A DNA stretch of 64,000 nt, taken from the NCBI GenBank assembly GCA_030390025.1, contig CM059432.1, positions 132,186,001 to 132,250,000 on the forward strand, in the 5' to 3' direction. Each line of letters opens with the position of its first letter. Position 1 is the stretch's first letter. The stretch is from Squalus acanthias (lineage: Eukaryota). The notes under the pieces are model-generated. The model was not told the DNA's origin. It did not search any database and saw only the letters and a list, made by a program, of their open reading frames with translations. The position numbers and the translations under genes are program-made. Of this stretch, positions 25,901 to 36,266 are shown piece by piece.

Positions 25901-28900
25901 TACAGCCGGGATGTTGTCGCAACCCATACTCTTTGCTGTGTCCAGTGCACTCAGCCGTTTCTTGATGATATGAGGGGGGAATCGAATTGGCTGAAAACTG
26001 GCTTCTGTGATGGTGGGGTCCTCAGGAGGAGGCCAAGATGCACATCTACTCGGCACTTCTGCTCTTTTGCACTCAGGTCCTGAGCTCCGCATCATTCAGG
26101 ATGTGGATGTTTATAGAGCCTCCGCCTCAGGTTAGTTGGTTAATTGCCCACAACCATTCACGACTGGATGTGGCAGGGCTGCGGAGCTTTAATTTGATCA
26201 GTGTGGCATCGCTTAGCCCTGTCTATAGCATGCTGCTTCCACTGTTTAGCATGCATGTAGTCCTGTGTTGTAGCTTCCCCAGGTTGGCACCTCATTTTTA
26301 GGTACGCCTGGTGCTGCTCCTGGCATGCTTTTCCGCACTCCTCATTGAACCAGGGTTGTTCCCCTGGTTTGATGATGATGGAGGAGTGAGGGATATGCTG
26401 GTCTTTGAGGTTACAGATTGTAGTGGAATACAATTCTGCTGCTGCTGATGGCCTACAGCACCTCATGGGTGCCCAGATTGGAGCTGCTAGATCTGTTCTG
26501 AATCTATCCCACTTAGCACAGTGGTAGTGCCACACAACACGATGGAGGGTGTCCTCAGTGCGAAGACGGAACTTGGTCTTCACAAGGACAGCGCGGTGGT
26601 GACACCTACCAATATTGTCATGGACAGACGCATCTGCAACAGGTAGATTGGTGAGGATGAGTTCAAGTAGGTTATTTCTTCGTATTAGTTCTCTCACCAC
26701 CTGCCGCAAGCCCAGTCTGACAGGGATGTCCTTCAGGACTCGGCCAGCTCGGTCAGTAGTGGTGCTACCGAGCCACTCTTGGTGATGGACACTGAAGTCC
26801 CCCACCCAGCGTACACTCAGTGCCCTTGCTACCCTCAGTGCTTCCTCCAAGTGGTGTTCAACATGGAGGAGTACTGATTCATCAGCTGAGGGAGGGTGGT
26901 AGGTGGTAATCAGCAGAAGATTTCCTTGCCCATGTTTGACCTGCAGCCATGAGACTTCAGGTGATCCAGTGTCAATGTTGAAGACTCCCAGTCCCAGGAC
27001 CACTCCACCCGACTGTATACCACTGTTCCCCCGCCTCTGGTGGGTCTGTCCTGCCGGTGGGACAGGACATACACAGGCAGACCTGTTGGCCTACATCCTA
27101 GGGTTCTAAAAGAGGTGGCTGCAGAGATAGTGGATGCACTGGTTGTGATCTTCCAAAATTTCCTACATTCTGGAACAGTCCCAGTAGATTGGAATATAGC
27201 AAATGTAACACCGCTATTCAAGAAAGGAGGGAGAGAGAAAACAGGGAACTACAGGCCAGTTAGCCGGACATCAGTCGTCGGGAAAATGCTGGAATCCATT
27301 ATTAAGGAAGTGATAACAGGGGACTTAGAAAACCATAACATGATTAGGCAGAGTCAACATGGTTTTATGAAAGGGAAATCATGTTTGACAAATCTATTAA
27401 GAGCTTTTTGAGGATGTAACTAGCCGGGTAAAGGGGAACCAGTGGATGTAGTATATTTGGATTTTCAAAAGGCATTCGATAAGGTGTCACACAAAAGATT
27501 GTTGCACAATATAAGGGCTCATGGGGATGGGGATAATATAATAGCATGGATAGAGGATTGGTTAAAGGACAGAAAACAGAGAGCAGGGATAAACGGGTAA
27601 TTTTCAGGTTGGCAGGCTGTAACTAGTGGGGTGCCGCAAGGATCAGTGCTGGGACCTCAGCTATTTACAATCTATATTAATTACTTAGATGAAGGGACCA
27701 AGTTTAATGTATCCAAATTTGCTGATGATGCAAAGCTAGGTGGGAAAGAAAGCTGTGAGGAGGACACAAAGAGCCTGCAAAGGGCTATAGACCGGTTACG
27801 TGAGTGGGCAAGAAGGTGGCAGATGGGAGTATAATGTGGGGAACTGTGAGGTTATTCACTTTGGTAGGAAGAATATAAAAAACAAAATACTTTTTAAATG
27901 GTGCGAAACTATTAAATGTTGGTGTTCAAAGGGATTTGTGTGTCCTTGTACACAAAACACAGAAAGTTAGCATGCAGGTACAGCAATTAGGAAAGCAAAT
28001 GGTATGTTGGCCTTTATTGCAAGGGGGTTGGAGTACAAGAGTAAGATAGTCTTGCTGCAATTGTCTAGGGCTTTGGTGAGACCACACCTGGAGAACTGTG
28101 TACAGCTTTGGTCTCCGTATCCAAGGAAAGATATAGGGGCGCAACGAAGGTTCACTAGATTGATCCCTGGGATGATAGGGTTGTCCTATGAGGAGAGATT
28201 GTGTAGAATGGGCCTATACTCTCTAGAGTTTAGAAGAATGAGGTGAACTCATTGAAACATGTAAGATTCTGAGAGGCTGTTTCCCCTGGCTGGAGAGTCT
28301 AGAACTAGGGGACACCGTGTTAGGATAAGGGGTCAGGCATTTAGGACTGAGATGAGGAGAAATTTCTTCACTCGGGGGGGTTGTGATTCTTTGGAATTCT
28401 CTACCCAGAGAGCTGTGGATATTCAGTCGTTGAGTATATTCAAGGCCGAGATCGATAGATTTTTGGACTCTAAGGGAATCAAGGGATATGGGGATCGGGC
28501 GGGAAAGCGGAGTTGAGGCCGTGGATCAGCCATGATCCTATTGAATGGCGGCGCAGGCTCGAGGGGCCGTATGCAATGTTCCCTCAAATTTCTTTTTGGG
28601 TCGCGCGGCCCATTCAAAATTCTGCGCACGCGCGGTTTTTCTACTTAAAAGCCGGTTCACCTCCAGAGAGCCGAGAGGCCGTGCAGCTTAAAGGGAAGAT
28701 TGGCCGTATGGCCTACTCCTGCTCTTAATTCTTATGGTGCGTGGGTCTGCATCTGCCCCACGGTGAAACCTCAGCACGATGGCTGTAATTGCTAAGTCAG
28801 CGCACAAAGGATCACAGGCACAAGCTAGTGCCTTACCGCTCCATGCGTTGCATGTTAGGGCTTCAGTGCACTCATCCACAATGCTCCAGTAAATGTACTG

Positions 28901-31900
28901 ATTTAAAGTTGGCACATCTTCCCCATACAATGCAGCTTTACACAAAGGCACAGGCGGGCTGTAAAACACAGTGGGGGTCATTTTAACTTTGTGCGGTAGT
29001 GTAAAACAAGTGATAGCGAATCAGCTGCCCGTTTTCCATCTCTCTCCATTGTTATTTTGAATCGAGAGAGATGTAAAACGGGCTGCCAATTCGCTATCAC
29101 CCATTTTACACTATCGCACAAAGTTAAAATTATTCCCCCCCCCGTGATGCCAACAACTTTTACTGAAACATACTATCAAGTTAATCACATGCACTATATC
29201 TACTTAACAAGATACTCATTCTATCACAACCAGGTGCACAGACAGGAAGTAGACAAGAAGGATCTAGTGTAACAAAGAGACATCTGCTATTTCAAATACT
29301 ACTTTATTCTTTCTTCTCATTTCCTCCCAGCAATATTGAGAAAGCAGCAGACTACTGGTCAGTTTATCTCCTACAGATCCCAGTGGGAATGTCCTCAACG
29401 ATACAAAATGCAAGGAGCAACACAGCTCAGTCTTTGAGATTCAATCAGCAGCAATTATTATGTAAAAGTAGAAAAGCCTAAAGGAGGCAACATTAAATTA
29501 TAGTTTGAAGAGGGTGGGGCCGATTTGTTTTTACTTCCTAATGTAGGGCAGCAAAGCAAAAAGGTGTAACTGCAAACTACAGATCGCAATCACAACTTAC
29601 TAACAATAGGTTGTGTGTGTCCATTAACATAGGGCGACACGGTGGCATAGTGGTTAGCACTGTTGCCTTACAGCACCAGGGACCCGGGTTTGAATCCGGC
29701 CTCAGGTGACTGTCTGTGTGGAGTTTGCACATTCTCCCAGTGTCTGCGTGGGTTTCCTCCGGGTGCTCCGGTTTCCTCGCACAGTCCAAAGATGTGCGGG
29801 TTAGGTTGATTTGGCTATGATAAATTGACCCTTAGTGTTAGGGGAATTAAATGCGTGGGGTTATGGGGATAGGGTGGGATGTGTGTCGGTGCAGGCTCGA
29901 TGGGCAGAAATGGCCTCTATCTGCACTGTGGGGGATTCTGTGATAAAACATATGTATGTAAGGTTCCTCTTGGCTTTCTGATTTATCTGTGCTTGCTTGC
30001 ACATGGTATTAAATGTCAAATATGTAGCAAAGACCAATCAGATCCCAGAGCCTTAAAAATATAACTGTCAAGGTCTTATTGCCAGACTTGCCTCCTCTGT
30101 TGACTTTCTTGTCCTATAGGTAAGTGCATCACTTTCAAACTAACAGTTCAGAACTTGACCCTGCGCCTACTCTCCCGACCCTACCCAATTCTTCAGCCCC
30201 TCACTTTCACTTTCACCCAACTCTGCAGCTTCTCCCCTCCCCACCCCCCCCCTCAAATTGTATACAGTCCAGATTATATAAATCTAAAAGAGTAAACTCA
30301 GTCAGAAAGTTGAATGTGAGGAGGTCACCTGAAGGGGAAATTATTACCCCAACTCAGACTTAATATTCCGCATACACTGGGGACCACATGTGCTGCACTA
30401 CAGACATTTATTAAGTAATAGATATGAACTGCATCTCTGACAACAATCTTTCAAGAGAATAAAAATCTGTTGCAAGATCTTATTGCACATGGTTGAACAT
30501 TTCCTGTGATATACAATACTTGTAGACATGTTGCATCCACATACACATGTGAACTCTCAAGTCAGCCTGTTTAAGAGTCATTTGCTCTTTGATAGTACAG
30601 CAGTTATTTTGCCTGTACTACAATACACAAAAGGTTATCTACATTCATAGCTCAACAATCTCTATTAGTTTCCGATTTAAATTCAAACAAACCAAAGGTC
30701 GGGGAGCACATTTATGCTCCAGTTCTACTGCACAAACTGGCCTGGTTATCAACTGAATTGTAAACAGTGAAGTGAAGTTATGCCAGACCAGTTGGTACAG
30801 TAGAACTGGGGTATAAATCTGCTCCAGGAACCTGTGCTTCATTTGAATTTAAATTGGAAACTATTGAAGTAGGGGGACAGCACAGGTACCCAATGCACGT
30901 TACCCTTCGACGGGTGCCACTGAAACTTAGAATTGGAAACAGTTGACAGGATAGTCTGCTGTTTTCAATCATTAGGAATTAAATGGAAGGCCAACTGGGT
31001 TGTCGTAAAAAAAAACTTTTTGAAAGTAAAGTTTAAAAAGCAGGATGCACACCACTAGTGGTGCAAAACCACTTTTTCAAATTATTCTTGCCACCAACAA
31101 ACTTCAGATTTCTGCAAAATCAGCAGCGTTCACCTATGTGTCTGCCGTTGATACAGCCCAAAATAAATGGGTGTCAAAATAATTTATACATAATATTTTT
31201 TTTTAATGATGTTGCAGTCAATTTTCAGTGAGATCAGTAGCTGTGGCCATTAGTTTCTTCCAATGTGGGATAGGGTCTGCTGTGATTGTAGCTCTCATAA
31301 GTTGGAGGTGAAGGAAGAAGCGCCTGCCTCATTGCAAGGAGCTCTCCTCAGGACACATCCACACATCCAACAAAAAACTCAGAAACAAGGAAGTGTTGGG
31401 GGACAGAAACAGCCTGGTTCCAGGGATGCAAGTGTAACATCAGGTTACCTAGGAGAGTGGGGGGGTTAACATTGCAATCCCAGTTGCTACTGTAACCACC
31501 TCACTGAGCGTGCACTGTAAAGACTTTAAATAATGGGAAGGGGCATCGTTTAAAATCCTATTACAATCGTTACAAAAAGCGCCTCGCCCCAAAATACAAA
31601 CGGATTAGGGTTTTTTTTGGTAATAAAACATGTTACGTAATTTGATCCTCTGTCCTTTTTTCCTTCCTGCCACGTACACAGCTCACACACACACACACAC
31701 ACGGTTTGGAGCTGGGGATGAACTTAAACACAGAGACAGACTCTCAACACAGTAAAGGACACTGCAAAACTGGCGGCCAACACCAAAACTTCCAGCAGTG
31801 GACTGGGTCTGCCCCCCCTTCCCCACTCCTAGTGATGGATCCTCCCTTATTTATCCCTGTAGGAATTGCGCTCAGAATTTTCTCCAAACGGCAACTTTTG

Positions 31901-32236
31901 ACTATCCTCCTTTGTGCTTTTACAAGTATTTTCTCATCACCCAAGTGGTGTGTGTGGGGGGGGGGGGGGTGAGCGACAAAGTTTGTTTGCAAAATTCCAA
32001 AAACAGATCCTGATTATAATAAAAAATGATTAGCAAAAAGACGACAAACAAAAAGGTGAGCAACTTTACCAAGGTGCAAAGAACATGATGAAGTGAGGAG
32101 CAGTTTGCACGGCGTGGCTGAAGAGCTCGGCGTTGTAGAGGTGCTGGCTGTGCTGGTCCTCACTCTCCTGGTCCTGCAGAGAGAGGCGGAGGCTGCCCAG
32201 CAGCAGAGAGAGCAGCAGCGGTCTGAAGGTGGCCAT
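1871..32236 (-). CDS. TXNDC5: Thioredoxin domain-containing protein 5 (ERp46/EndoPDI), complete 10-exon CDS, 403 aa
   Basis: Join(32236-32070, 25723-25574, 24790-24685, 18110-18014, 16521-16406, 14869-14783, 14197-14045, 11198-11116, 8966-8837, 1993-1871) = 1212 nt, open frame with consistent phases. Signal peptide, three APWCGHC motifs, three RGYPTL motifs, C-terminal RDEL. Confidence 0.97.
2186..2840 (-). mobile_element. CR1 LINE 3' fragment (ORF2 C-terminus and 3' UTR)
   Basis: ORFs 2547-2792 ([13 protein letters not shown]) and 2247-2471 ([14 protein letters not shown]); cut at 2840 by a MITE. Confidence 0.85.
2841..3780. mobile_element. GC-rich Harbinger-type MITE (right end lost), same family as 11962-12640 and 49514-50258
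   Basis: Starts GGGGGGAAAATTCGGTTG like 49514, with AGCGCC/GGCGCT motifs; interrupted at 3320-3679; right boundary approximate. Confidence 0.55.
3320..3679. mobile_element. Tc1/mariner-pogo-type MITE
   Basis: TA-flanked; termini CAGGAAACTCT...AACCGGCACC and GGTGCCGGTT...AGAGTTTCCT; same TIR type as 23225-23951. Confidence 0.75.
3790..4330 (-). mobile_element. CR1 LINE internal ORF2 fragment
   Basis: [16 protein letters not shown] motif in ORF 3736-3987. Confidence 0.8.
7903..8175 (+). mobile_element. Penelope-like element terminal-repeat remnant, family A
   Basis: Homologous to 63020-63474 and 54480-54620; possible TSD ACACATAT (7895-7902 / 8176-8183). Confidence 0.7.
8075..8111 (+). ncRNA. 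Minimal type-I hammerhead ribozyme, family A
   Basis: AGTT-CTGACGA-A-AGGTC(TTC)GACCT-GAA-ACGT-T-AACT: stem I AGUU/AACU, conserved core, 5-bp stem II, palindromic ACGU in place of stem III. Confidence 0.7.
8837..8966 (-). CDS. TXNDC5: TXNDC5 exon 9
   Basis: ag|(W)[43 protein letters not shown]|gtaagt, 130 nt. Confidence 0.96.
9715..10075 (+). mobile_element. Degraded SacSINE1/Deu-type SINE
   Basis: Diverged match to 20193-20564 and 59102-59538 (GAGAGTCAGAAGGTTG, TTCAAGTCCCA, AAAGATCTCATG). Confidence 0.55.
10330..10460 (+). mobile_element. Old tRNA-derived SINE head and central domain
   Basis: A-box-like TAGTTCAGCTGG, B-box-like GGTCGAAAATCC, then TCAGCCCTTCATCCTCCC...TAAAATTAGTACCAG resembling a widespread SINE central domain. 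Confidence 0.45.
11116..11198 (-). CDS. TXNDC5: TXNDC5 exon 8
   Basis: ctgcag|[27 protein letters not shown](W)|gtaagt, 83 nt. Confidence 0.96.
11481..11835 (-). mobile_element. CR1 LINE 3' tail
   Basis: TAGAATCATAGAAT tail and GGCCATTCGGCCC 3' UTR motif shared with other CR1 copies. Confidence 0.7.
11962..12640. mobile_element. Harbinger-type MITE (GC-rich family)
   Basis: Termini GGGGAGAAATTGGG / CCCAATTTTCTGCCCC, TAG on both flanks; homologous to 49514-50258. Confidence 0.75.
13063..13861. mobile_element. Non-autonomous PIF/Harbinger element (MITE)
   Basis: Perfect 16-bp TIR GGGCTGGATTTTCTCA and TTA TSD (13060-13062 / 13862-13864); first 12 bp match the TIR of the two-gene element at 45154-49382. 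Confidence 0.9.
14045..14197 (-). CDS. TXNDC5: TXNDC5 exon 7
   Basis: cttag|[51 protein letters not shown]|gtattt, 153 nt. Confidence 0.92.
14783..14869 (-). CDS. TXNDC5: TXNDC5 exon 6 (GC donor)
   Basis: ctag|[29 protein letters not shown]|gcaagt, 87 nt. Confidence 0.93.
16130..16348 (+). mobile_element. RTE-clade LINE 3' end
   Basis: C-terminal CCHH finger [21 protein letters not shown], short 3' UTR and (AAG)n tail. Confidence 0.8.
16406..16521 (-). CDS. TXNDC5: TXNDC5 exon 5
   Basis: ccag|(G)[38 protein letters not shown]|gtggga, 116 nt. Confidence 0.96.
16715..17075 (-). mobile_element. CR1/L2-group LINE 3' fragment
   Basis: [19 protein letters not shown]...[12 protein letters not shown]...LQRFKK, typical LINE ORF2 C-terminus. 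Confidence 0.7.
18014..18110 (-). CDS. TXNDC5: TXNDC5 exon 4
   Basis: ttag|[32 protein letters not shown](G)|gtatgt, 97 nt. Confidence 0.94.
18254..19026. mobile_element. Harbinger MITE, second copy of the 13063-13861 family
   Basis: Colinear homology with 13063-13861; imperfect TIRs GGGCGTGATCTTGCCA / TGGCAAAATACAGCCC; ACT TSD. Confidence 0.88.
20193..20564 (+). mobile_element. SacSINE1/Deu-type tRNA-derived SINE (3' truncated)
   Basis: A box GCTCAGTGG, B box GGTTCAAGTCC, body matching 59102-59538. Confidence 0.8.
21085..21503 (+). mobile_element. CR1 LINE 3' tail
   Basis: GAGTTTAGAAGG, GGAAGCACTTCTTCACA and GCCTACTCCTGTTCCTA motifs shared with other CR1 copies. Confidence 0.75.
23225..23951. 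mobile_element. Tc1/mariner-pogo-type MITE carrying a minisatellite
   Basis: TA TSD; termini CAGGAAACTCT / AGAGTTTCCTG with subterminal CGGCACC / GGTGCCG. Confidence 0.8.
23403..23781. repeat. 28-bp minisatellite, 13 identical units plus a partial unit
   Basis: Unit GGTGCTGGAGCCCCGCTCCACAGCCACA starting at 23403, 23431 ... 23767; degenerate units on both sides. Confidence 0.95.
24685..24790 (-). CDS. TXNDC5: TXNDC5 exon 3
   Basis: tttag|(T)[35 protein letters not shown]|gtaagt, 106 nt. Confidence 0.96.
25574..25723 (-). CDS. TXNDC5: TXNDC5 exon 2
   Basis: tag|(W)[49 protein letters not shown](T)|gtaagt, 150 nt. Confidence 0.96.
25885..27075 (-). mobile_element. LINE (CR1/L2 group) fragment encoding an APE-type endonuclease region
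   Basis: ORF 26158-27003 with [22 protein letters not shown] and PWFNEEC motifs; [10 protein letters not shown] just upstream; frameshifted. Confidence 0.82.
27080..28740 (+). mobile_element. 5'-truncated, decayed CR1 LINE (RT domain to 3' tail)
   Basis: [47 protein letters not shown]; several stops and frameshifts. Confidence 0.92.
28574..28702. mobile_element. 129-bp hAT-type MITE inserted in the CR1 3' UTR
   Basis: TIR CAATGTTCCCT / AGGGAAGATTG; perfect 8-bp TSD GCCGTATG (28566-28573 / 28703-28710). Confidence 0.85.
28974..29143. mobile_element. Fold-back (palindromic) Harbinger-type MITE
   Basis: Whole element is an imperfect inverted repeat (TTTTAACTTTGTGCGGTAGTGTAAAA ... TTTTACACTATCGCACAAAGTTAAAA); GTG on both flanks. 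Confidence 0.8.
29632..29945 (+). mobile_element. HE1-type V-SINE
   Basis: tRNA head TGGCATAGTGG / GGTTTGAATCC, V-domain GTGTGGAGTTTGCACATTCTCCC...GGGTTTCCTCCGGGTGCTCCGGTTTCCTC, CR1-like tail. Confidence 0.88.
32070..32236 (-). CDS. TXNDC5: TXNDC5 exon 1 (start codon and signal peptide)
   Basis: gggATGG Kozak context; [55 protein letters not shown](W)|gtaaag. Confidence 0.95.
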
Positions 32237-32700
32237 CCCTCACTCAATCTACACACACTAAATGCACATGCAACAAAAAAAATAATTAAATAATAATACA
32301 GGGAGATATAAATCACAAGCCAGCCTCTGTGTCGGTCTTTCTTTCTGTCTCCCTCTTCCTCTTTCTCTTTCTCTGTTTGAAAAAGCCTACGTGGTCTCCA
32401 CTCTACAGCAGCCGCAAATTGAACCAAGAGCTCGAAACTCGAGAGGGAAAAGCCTGCCTGCTTTACCACAGCTTCACGCCAGTTCACAGGGTAAATCACC
32501 ACACACACACACACACATTTGCAAACCTCCCACCTTGTCAATCAAAAACCCTCCTCTTTCCAGTGGGTGGAGCTGGGCCGCAGTCTATCGCGCAGCCACA
32601 GTCTGGCTTTCGCTAGCAATCGCTCTTTGTTAGCAACTGTGTGCTTGTAGCAAGGTGACTGCAACCCCTCCACCCCCTCCACCCCCCCAAAAAAAAACCA
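32237..32700 (-). promoter_or_regulatory. Probable TXNDC5 5' UTR and proximal promoter
   Basis: Repeat-free, relatively CpG-containing sequence immediately upstream of the ATG; TSS cannot be placed from sequence. Confidence 0.4.
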
Positions 32701-32876
32701 TGTCAGGCAACCTATGCTGCAAACATTTAGGCAGTGTCTGAATGAAGCCTTAAATCCAATGTTGCTTGGCGTTCAGATAAAAATAGATTTAAATGTTAAT
32801 TATGCAAGGGTAGACGTAGAAGAAGATGTTTCCACTTGTGGGGGAGTTCAAAACTAGTGGTCCTAAATACAAGACA

Positions 32877-33492
32877 TGATGTGGAGATGCTGGTGTTGGA
32901 CTGGGGTGGACAAATGTGAGAAGTCACACAACACCAGGTTATAGTCCAACAGCTTTATTTGAAACATAGAAACTAGGAGCAGGAGCAGGAGTAGGCCATT
33001 CAGCCCATCGAGCCTGCTCCACCATTCAATACGATCATGGCTGATCATCCAAATCCAGTACCCTGTCCCTGCTTTCTCACACAGAATCCCCATCGAGCCC
33101 GCACCAACACATATCCCACCCCATCCCTGTAACCCCACATATTTAATTCCCCCTAACATATCCCATCCTATCCCTGTAACCCCACATATTTAATCCCCCC
33201 CTAACACTAAGGGTCAATTTATCATAGCCAAATCAACCTAACCTGCACATTTTTGGACTGTGGGAGGAAACCGGAGCACCCGGAGGAAACCCACGCAGAC
33301 ACAGGGAGAATGTGCAAACTCCACACAGACAGTCACCCGAGGCCAGATTCAAACCCAGGTCTCTGGCGCTGTGAGGCACCAGTGCTAACCACTATGCCAC
33401 CGTCTTCACCTGACGAAGGAGCAGCGCTCCGAAAGCTTGTGATTTCAAATAAAGCTGTTGGACTATAACCTGGTGTTGTGCGACTTCTCACA
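32877..33492. mobile_element. Composite insertion: Penelope family-B repeat (-), CR1 3' tail (-), HE1 SINE (-), Penelope family-B repeat (+), inside an older CR1 tail
   Basis: Near-perfect 13-bp TSD TAAATA(C/T)AAGACA (32864-32876 / 33493-33505); segments at about 32877-32964, 32961-33078, 33077-33403 and 33404-33492. Confidence 0.75.
33406..33442 (+). ncRNA. Minimal type-I hammerhead ribozyme, family B
   Basis: TCAC-CTGACGA-A-GGAGC(AGC)GCTCC-GAA-AGCT-T-GTGA: stem I UCAC/GUGA, conserved core, 5-bp stem II, palindromic AGCU. Confidence 0.78.
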
Positions 33493-34074
33493 TAAATATA
33501 AGACAGTCACTAATAAATCCAATATGGAATTCACGAGAACCTTCTTTACCCAGAGAGCGGTTAGAATGTGGAACTTGCTGCCACACGGAGTGGTTGAGGT
33601 GAATAGCACAGATGCATTTAAGGGGAAGCTAGATAAACACATGAGGGAGAAGAGAATAGAAGGATATGCAGATAGGGTGAGATAAAGAGGGTGGGAGGAG
33701 GCTCGTGTGGAGCATGAACACCGGCACGGGACCTGTTGGGCTGAATGTTTCTGTGCTGTAAATTCTATATAATTCTGTCAACTTGATCTTATCTATACAA
33801 TATCAGAGAAAATGACATTAAATAGCTGCTGCTCTTAAATGAACTAAAATAGCAGAGTTTCAGCAGCTGTTAGGCTGAGGTAGTGGCAGAGACGGGCGAT
33901 GTTACAGAAGTGGAAGTTGGTGGTTTTGTGATGCAGAGCATTTGGGCTCAGAAGCTCAGCGCAGTGTTGAATAGGATGCTGAGTTTGTGGACTGTCTGGA
34001 TCAGCCTGAGACTGTATCCAGGGAGGGAGAGGGAATCAGTGGTAAGGGTACAGAGTTTGTGGCGATTTAGCTAT

Positions 34075-34610
34075 CTTTCCTGCAACTTCCTGTTTGAATC
34101 TCCCTAATCAAGTTTTCGGCCCTGCCATGGACCTGAAATGGCCCTAATCAAAGTCACAAATGACATCCTCTCTCACTGACCATGGTGCATTACCCCTCCT
34201 CAACCTCTCTGCAGCCTTTGATATGGTCAGCTCCACTGTCCTCCTCCAATGCCTCGCTGTCTTCCAGCTCATTGAGACTGCCCTGACTTGGTTCCACTCT
34301 TACCTATCCAATCATGCTTTCATAATGGCTTCTCTTGCCACTTTCACATTATTACCTTTAGAATCTATCCTTGATTCCCCCCCCCCGCCCCTATTCCTCA
34401 TCTACATGCTGCCCCTTGGCGACATCATCCGCAGACATGGGGCCAGCTTCAACATGTGTGCTGATGACACCCAGTTCTTATCTCCACCACCTCTCCCAAC
34501 CCCTCCGCTGTTGTTGGACTGCTTCGCTGCCATCCAGTCTTGGCTGGCTTGCAATTTCCTCCAAATGATCATTGGGAAAACCGAAGCCATCGTCTTCAAC
34601 AACAACAACT
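34075..34610 (+). mobile_element. L2 LINE RT fragment
   Basis: LLNLSAAFDMV, LTWFHSYLSN, LFLIYMLPLGDIIRRHG...CADDTQ in ORF 34160-34765. Confidence 0.8.
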
Positions 34611-35131
34611 TGCACTTAGATAGCGCCTTTAACATAGTAAAACATCCCAAGGCACTTCAGCCCTGGTTGGAGGACGGTGTTTGCCTTCTGAGATGTCAAA
34701 GTGATGTGGAGGTGCGATCTGTAGAGGTGCAATCCATTCCTCCAGGGTCCTCTGCTCCTAGGTAAATTCACCTACTGCACTGGTAGCTGTATTTAGACTA
34801 GCTGGCTTAAATTTCATCTCCTACCTCCGCAGTAATACTGCGGCCCACTGCTGGCCCGTGCTCACCACTCCTCCCCCCCCCCCCCCCACCCCCAACCTAC
34901 CTCCCTGGTTTGCCTCCCCGCCCTCCCTGAACTAATCTTAAATCTGGAGGCCCAAGACCCGTGTGCCAGTTTGGGGCTTCTGATTGACGCCCGCAGACTG
35001 CCATATTTATTTCAATGAGATCCGAGGATGAATTTAAGATGCTCCTCGGGCCCCTCCCATCTGGCGCGCAAGTTCAGCATGCTGATCATTTTGCACCCGT
35101 GTTGGTACATGAGGGACAGAAAGATACCCTA

Positions 35132-35313
35132 ATACAATAGCAAAATACTGCGGATGCTGGAAATCTGAAATAACAACAGAAAATGCTGGAAGCACTCAGC
35201 ATCCGTGGAGAGAGAAACAGAAGGGTCCCAGACCTGAAACGTTAACTCTGTTTCTCTCTCCATGGATGCTGCCTGGCCTGCTGAGTGCTTCCAGCATTTT
35301 CTGTTGTTATTTA
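35132..35313. mobile_element. Inverted pair of Penelope family-A repeat fragments
   Basis: Arms about 35139-35221 (-) and 35220-35312 (+); perfect 14-bp TSD AGAAAGATACCCTA (35118-35131 / 35314-35327); hammerhead lacks its CUGAC half. Confidence 0.78.
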
Positions 35314-36266
35314 AGAAAGATACCCTAGCCTAGCAACAGTCGAGAGAGAGAGAGAGAGAGAATGGATAACAGAACACCCTAGCAACAGCCAGCGTTCAAG
35401 ATTGAAGTAAGGCCTCGGGATGTTTATAGTGGTGCCATACTATAAACATCTCACCACATACCATTGCAACCAATGCAAGGGGATGAAGATGTACGAGAAA
35501 TGTAACTTGTGTGCGTAAGAATCGGCTGAAGATGGTGCATTTGACCGGAGACTACCAAATAAGGCAAGGCCACTTCCAGTATAATAAAGAGAATAGTGTA
35601 TAAAAAAGAAGCTTTTGAGTTAATTTTATAGAAAAAAGGGAGAACATTTTTTGACTGCATGCCTACACAGAACTGCTGAGAAAACTCTGCCTGTAAATTG
35701 CGTTATGCTCTGAAGAAATTATGCGCTGCTTTTAGATTGTTTTTTATGTTAAAGTAGAAATAATAAAGTGATTATAACCATAAGACTGAATTCTTTACAA
35801 CTCAACTGAACAACAGAAGATTGTTTAAAACAACAGCCTGTTATCGGGTGTTATCAAATTTAGGGCCCACTAACTTTTAACTACGATGTCATCTCAGATC
35901 GACTTTTAGATTCGAAAGCAATGTGTTTCCTAGGATTTGCTGAGTTCGCTGATCTTAGCCAGGACAGTGGCAGCTTTGCTACAAATGGCAGTAGTGCCAC
36001 TGGGTTAGGGATGGAAAGGATTTCCAGGGTTCCAAATCTGATCCCTATCCAGTGACTCTTTTTGGAAAGAGCCTGTTTGTGGACATTGTATGAGGTCAGG
36101 ATCAGGATAGGATGTCCTCCACAACAACAACTTATATTTATATAGCGCCTTTAACACAATAAAACGTCCCAAGGTGCTTCACAGGAGTGTTATAAAAAAA
36201 AATTACATTTGACACCGAGTCATATAAGGAGATGTTAGGGCAGATGACCAAAAGCTTGGTTGAAGG

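Noticed and set aside
29632..29705. tRNA-like sequences (also at 20193, 51927, 59102)
   Set aside because: They are SINE heads continuing into V or Deu domains and LINE-like tails, not tRNA genes.
32014..32541. 175-aa minus-strand ORF and plus-strand ORFs over TXNDC5 exon 1
   Set aside because: Alternative-frame or antisense shadows of the real exon and 5' UTR.
32380..32780. ER-stress elements (ERSE/UPRE) expected near TXNDC5
   Set aside because: Only partial matches (ACGTGG near 32390, CCAAT near 32756); no CCAAT-N9-CCACG or TGACGTGG seen.
31685..35360. (CA)n, (GA)n and poly-G/C runs
   Set aside because: Ordinary short microsatellites and homopolymers.
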